A stretch of 64,000 nucleotides of DNA from Phenylobacterium sp. GTDB lineage: Bacteria; Pseudomonadota; Alphaproteobacteria; Caulobacterales; Caulobacteraceae. The notes beneath the pieces are model-generated. The model did not search any database. It was not told where the DNA came from and worked only from the letters and a program-made list of their open reading frames with translations. The translations under genes and the position numbers were made by a program. Where the stretch lies: positions 8,520-72,519 of the forward strand of contig DASVNS010000240.1 in NCBI GenBank assembly GCA_036383735.1, read 5' to 3'. Position 1 is the first letter of the stretch, and each line of letters starts with the position of its first letter. Shown here piece by piece: positions 61,233 to 64,000 of this stretch.

Positions 61233-61435
61233 GATCCTTTTCTCCTGCCCGAGTGCGCCGGCCTGCGATCCGACAGCTCGGCGTCGTCCACCTCGAAGCC
61301 GGCCGCCTTCAGCGCGCGAAGGACGATCACCCGCAAGGTCACACCCTCCTTGACCGCTTTGGCCCGAATCTCGTCGCGCAGCTGCGTCGGGACCTTCAAG
61401 CTCATCATGGTTTCGCCGCCGCCGTTCTCGTCCAA
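61229..61435 (-). CDS. RHH-like protein upstream of parA
   Basis: GAGGA SD + TTG; MSLKVPTQLRDEIRAKA...TLRVIVLRAL. Confidence 0.7.
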   Translation of the reverse strand: MDENGGGETMMSLKVPTQLRDEIRAKAVKEGVTLRVIVLRALKAAGFEVDDAELSDRRPAHSGRRKGS

Positions 61436-61521
61436 TTTCGTTCCTCGCTGAGCGCACGCGCCGCGGCCGACTCGGTCGGTCGCGGCGCGCCGATTCAGCA
61501 TACCCAGAACGTAATGATGTT

Positions 61522-61647
61522 TCAGCCGTCATCGCAGCGGCCCTCCTGATTTTGCCGCCACAGCAGCCATTCCCCTTCATTGCGGCGAGCCGGTTGGATC
61601 CGACCGATCAGGGCGAATGCGATGAAAACCAGTAAGGCGGCCCACAT
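61522..61647 (-). CDS. 41-aa hydrophobic peptide
   Basis: AAGGAG SD; MWAALLVFIAFALIG. Confidence 0.45.
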   Translation of the reverse strand: MWAALLVFIAFALIGRIQPARRNEGEWLLWRQNQEGRCDDG

Positions 61648-61863
61648 GGGAAAGACTCCTTTTGTGCGATGAGAATACATCATTATGTTTTCTGCGCGAG
61701 AGAATAATGATGTTTTTTCGGTCGTTGGGGGTGGCATTGGCCTGCGCGCTAGGGCGGCCGCGCGATCTGAGCTGGCGGCAGTTTGGACGTACAAACCGAG
61801 CGGGGGAGGGGGCGCCTGGAGGAGACGCCCCCGCCCGGCGCCGCGGGCGGGGGTCGCCGCCGA

Positions 61864-62229
61864 TCAGTCCTCCTCGCTGGGATTCTGCTCGGGACGGTCC
61901 AGCGACTTCAGCTCGTGACCGGGCATCGCGATGACCACCTTGGAGAAGAACCGGTCCACGCCCTCGTTATCGGTATAGCGGTCGTGGCGGATCTCGCCCT
62001 GGACGAACACCTTGGCGCCCTTTGCCAGGCCCTTCGAGGCCAGCCAGTTGACCGTCGCCTGGTTCCAGATCTCCACCTGGTGCCAGGTCGGGTAGTCCTT
62101 CCGCTCGCCGTTCTTCTTCGTGTAGCGGCTGGTGCAGACCCGCAGGGTGGCGACCTTCTTGCCGCCTTGGGTGCTGCGGATCTCCGGCTCTGCGCCCGTG
62201 AAACCGATCAGTTGGACTTGGTTCAGCAT
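61864..62229 (-). CDS. ssb: Single-stranded DNA-binding protein (short tail)
   Basis: MLNQVQLIG, TWHQVEIW, KGAKVFVQG. Confidence 0.93.
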   Translation of the reverse strand: MLNQVQLIGFTGAEPEIRSTQGGKKVATLRVCTSRYTKKNGERKDYPTWHQVEIWNQATVNWLASKGLAKGAKVFVQGEIRHDRYTDNEGVDRFFSKVVIAMPGHELKSLDRPEQNPSEED

Positions 62230-62280
62230 CGTCTTTCTCCGTCTTCCGCCCAGAGAGGCCCGGGCGGCTCGCGGTCCTTG

Positions 62281-62456
62281 CCGCGATCACGCGACCGGTC
62301 AGGTCGGGGCAAAGGGAGGGGATGAAGCCCGGGGCGGCTGGAAACCGGTCTGCAGCGGCGCAGCGCGAAGACCGGAGGGTCCGGCCGGCCCGCCTCGCCC
62401 GCGAGGTTGGCTTCAACATCGAGCGACCCGGCCTAGGTTCGTGGGATTGATCGCGG
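62281..62456 (+). repeat. Long hairpin element, copy 1 (ssDNA-promoter/ssi candidate)
   Basis: CCGCGATCA...TGATCGCGG outer stem; homologous to 63509-63689. Confidence 0.75.
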
Positions 62457-63258
62457 GGGACCGTCCGCCGCCCCTGCGCGCCGCTACGGAAGACGGTCGC
62501 CGATGCGCCCTGGCCGACGCTCCGGTCACGGGACTCAGCACGTCCGCATCCGCCGGCCGAGCTCCCGGCCCCACGGTCGAAGCCTGCTTTCCACTCCACA
62601 CGCCGAGGGGAGGGGCGACACCCGCCACGCCTGACACGCCGTAAGCATCTGGGACCACGCGAGAAGGCGATGCGCAGACCGATCACCTCTCGGACAGCGC
62701 CACGTTTGAACCGGGCTTGGCATAGCGCCTCATCCCGCACGCTGACCAGGCGCTGGCCGACGATCGCCAGGGATCACGCGATCCTCCCGCGCCACGATCG
62801 CACCGGGGACCGGGCCGCGGCCGGCATCGGCCGGCGGTGAACAGGCCGACGCCCTCCACGCCGTCCGGATGGGGCTCAAGCCGGATAGAGGCGCGAATGC
62901 GCCTTGGGCGCCATACCCACCTTATCGAAGTGGCAGTGGAAGCGCGGTACGCGAGGCCTACACCTGCCGGCCAACGACCACCCGTCGGCGCCTAGATGTG
63001 CGGTGTTCGGGTCGAGGAGGGACAAGAGCCCCGCTGGGGCCAATGCTGGCTGCAACAGGCGAACCAATGCGGCCAATTCCGTCGACCGCGACTGGGCCGC
63101 TCGAAGGAACTCACCTGCGGCGATGATTAGGCCGGCCCTCCGAGGCCCCCGGCGGCACGGATCGCCAACCCGACGACCGCACCCTGGCCGCCGCGCCCAC
63201 TTGGGCACGGCGGCCGCAATTGGTCGGACGGTCCCCCACCAGGACCGCCCCTGGGGTG

Positions 63259-63474
63259 TCAATGCACCGTTCGACGCGCGGCGATCAGCTGGGCGAAATG
63301 GGCAATGGCTGCGGTGTCCAGGCTGAAGGGAACCCGGGTCTTTTCCTCATGCTGGTCCAGCTCCTCGAGCACGGCCCAGGCGTCCCAGCACTCGGCGACC
63401 ACATACCAGTCGCCCACGTCGTAGAATTGGTGGGCGTGTTCCAGAACCGCCTGCGCCATCGTCATGCTCGCCAT
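63259..63474 (-). CDS. 71-aa acidic hypothetical leading-region protein
   Basis: GGAG SD; AVLEHAHQFY..GDWYVVAECWD. Confidence 0.7.
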   Translation of the reverse strand: MASMTMAQAVLEHAHQFYDVGDWYVVAECWDAWAVLEELDQHEEKTRVPFSLDTAAIAHFAQLIAARRTVH

Positions 63475-63508
63475 CTGAGGTCTCCGTTGCTCGACCGGCG
63501 GGCTCATC

Positions 63509-63689
63509 CCGCGATCATGCGACCGGTCGGGCCGGGGAGAGGGGCGGGCTCACGGTCGGCGGCGCTGGAAACCGGCCTGCACAGAGCGCAGCGGCGGAAG
63601 GCCGGAGGGTCCTGCGCTGACGCCTCGCCGCCGGCGAGGTCGCCTTGAGCCCGAACGGCCCCGGCTCAGGTTCGCCTTGAGAGATCGCG
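63509..63689 (+). repeat. Long hairpin element, copy 2
   Basis: CGCGATC...GATCGCG outer stem; shares ordered blocks with copy 1. Confidence 0.75.
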
Positions 63690-63813
63690 TTCAGCCCGCC
63701 CGGCCAGACCCGGAGAACTTGGCCAGCCGCCGAGGCCCCAGCGGCCGCCACCCGCCCTCGCGGCTTGCCGACAAAGAAGATGCGGCGACCTTGCGGCCGC
63801 CGCACCGGCGGGA

Positions 63814-63999
63814 TCAGGCCCTCGCCTTGACCGGGAACTGCCTCAGACCCCGCTCTGCCGCCTTCTGCGCCAGGTTCAACGCCGGCCCGAAGGGCTTCAG
63901 GTCGGCTGCCCGCTCAGGGTTGATCGAGTTGGCCAGGGTCAGGACACAGACCGGATCGAGTTCCAGCATCTCGTCGTTGGCCCGGAACGGGGCCGCCCG
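63814..63999 (-). CDS. 3' end of an unknown gene running in from beyond the window
   Basis: Open frame with typical codon usage ending TGA at 63814. Confidence 0.45.
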   Translation of the reverse strand, partial: RAAPFRANDEMLELDPVCVLTLANSINPERAADLKPFGPALNLAQKAAERGLRQFPVKARA

Positions 64000-64000
64000 G

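Larger units (their letters stand above)
35691..64000. mobile_element. Conjugative plasmid backbone (rep/iterons, MPF-T T4SS, MOBP, par, ssb)
   Basis: Complete replication, transfer and partition modules are co-located; no integrase seen. Confidence 0.88.

Noticed and set aside
62460-63250. Overlapping ORFs between the two hairpin elements
   Set aside because: No convincing SD, codon bias or motif in any frame; left uncalled

Overview
GC-rich alphaproteobacterial DNA, probably from a Caulobacteraceae host (inferred from protein style and promoter motifs). It looks like most of a conjugative plasmid. Left half (1-33.9 kb): a heavy-metal cargo region with an FTR1/PbrT-like permease, an HMA-CDF exporter, copCD, cusCBAF, copG/copZ, copAB, a CnrYXH-like ECF system, a Csp3-type protein, two Cu P1B-ATPases and cueR. 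Right half: an HTH-ImmA/PIN pair, resolvase with res, a LexA-boxed SRAP operon, an iteron replicon, a complete VirB1-11/VirD4 T4SS, a MOBP relaxase/MobC/oriT, IncC/KorB-like partition genes, ssb and a leading region. Reading the DNA shows several unannotated regulatory layers. (i) Three CadR/PbrR-type operators put a TPR-methyltransferase, a MAPEG protein and a PaaK-like ligase under toxic-metal control. (ii) A GAGGG-N17-CGTAT ECF regulon includes an acyltransferase. (iii) There are four CueR promoters. (iv) Two Cys-rich RPP leader ORFs carry SD-sequestering hairpins. (v) There are four dispersed 16-bp parS/KorB-like palindromes. (vi) Two homologous, covarying ~180-nt hairpins (Frpo-like ssDNA promoter candidates) lie in the leading region. 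No rRNA, tRNA, CRISPR array or IS transposase was seen. All family calls come from motif recognition by eye, not database searches.
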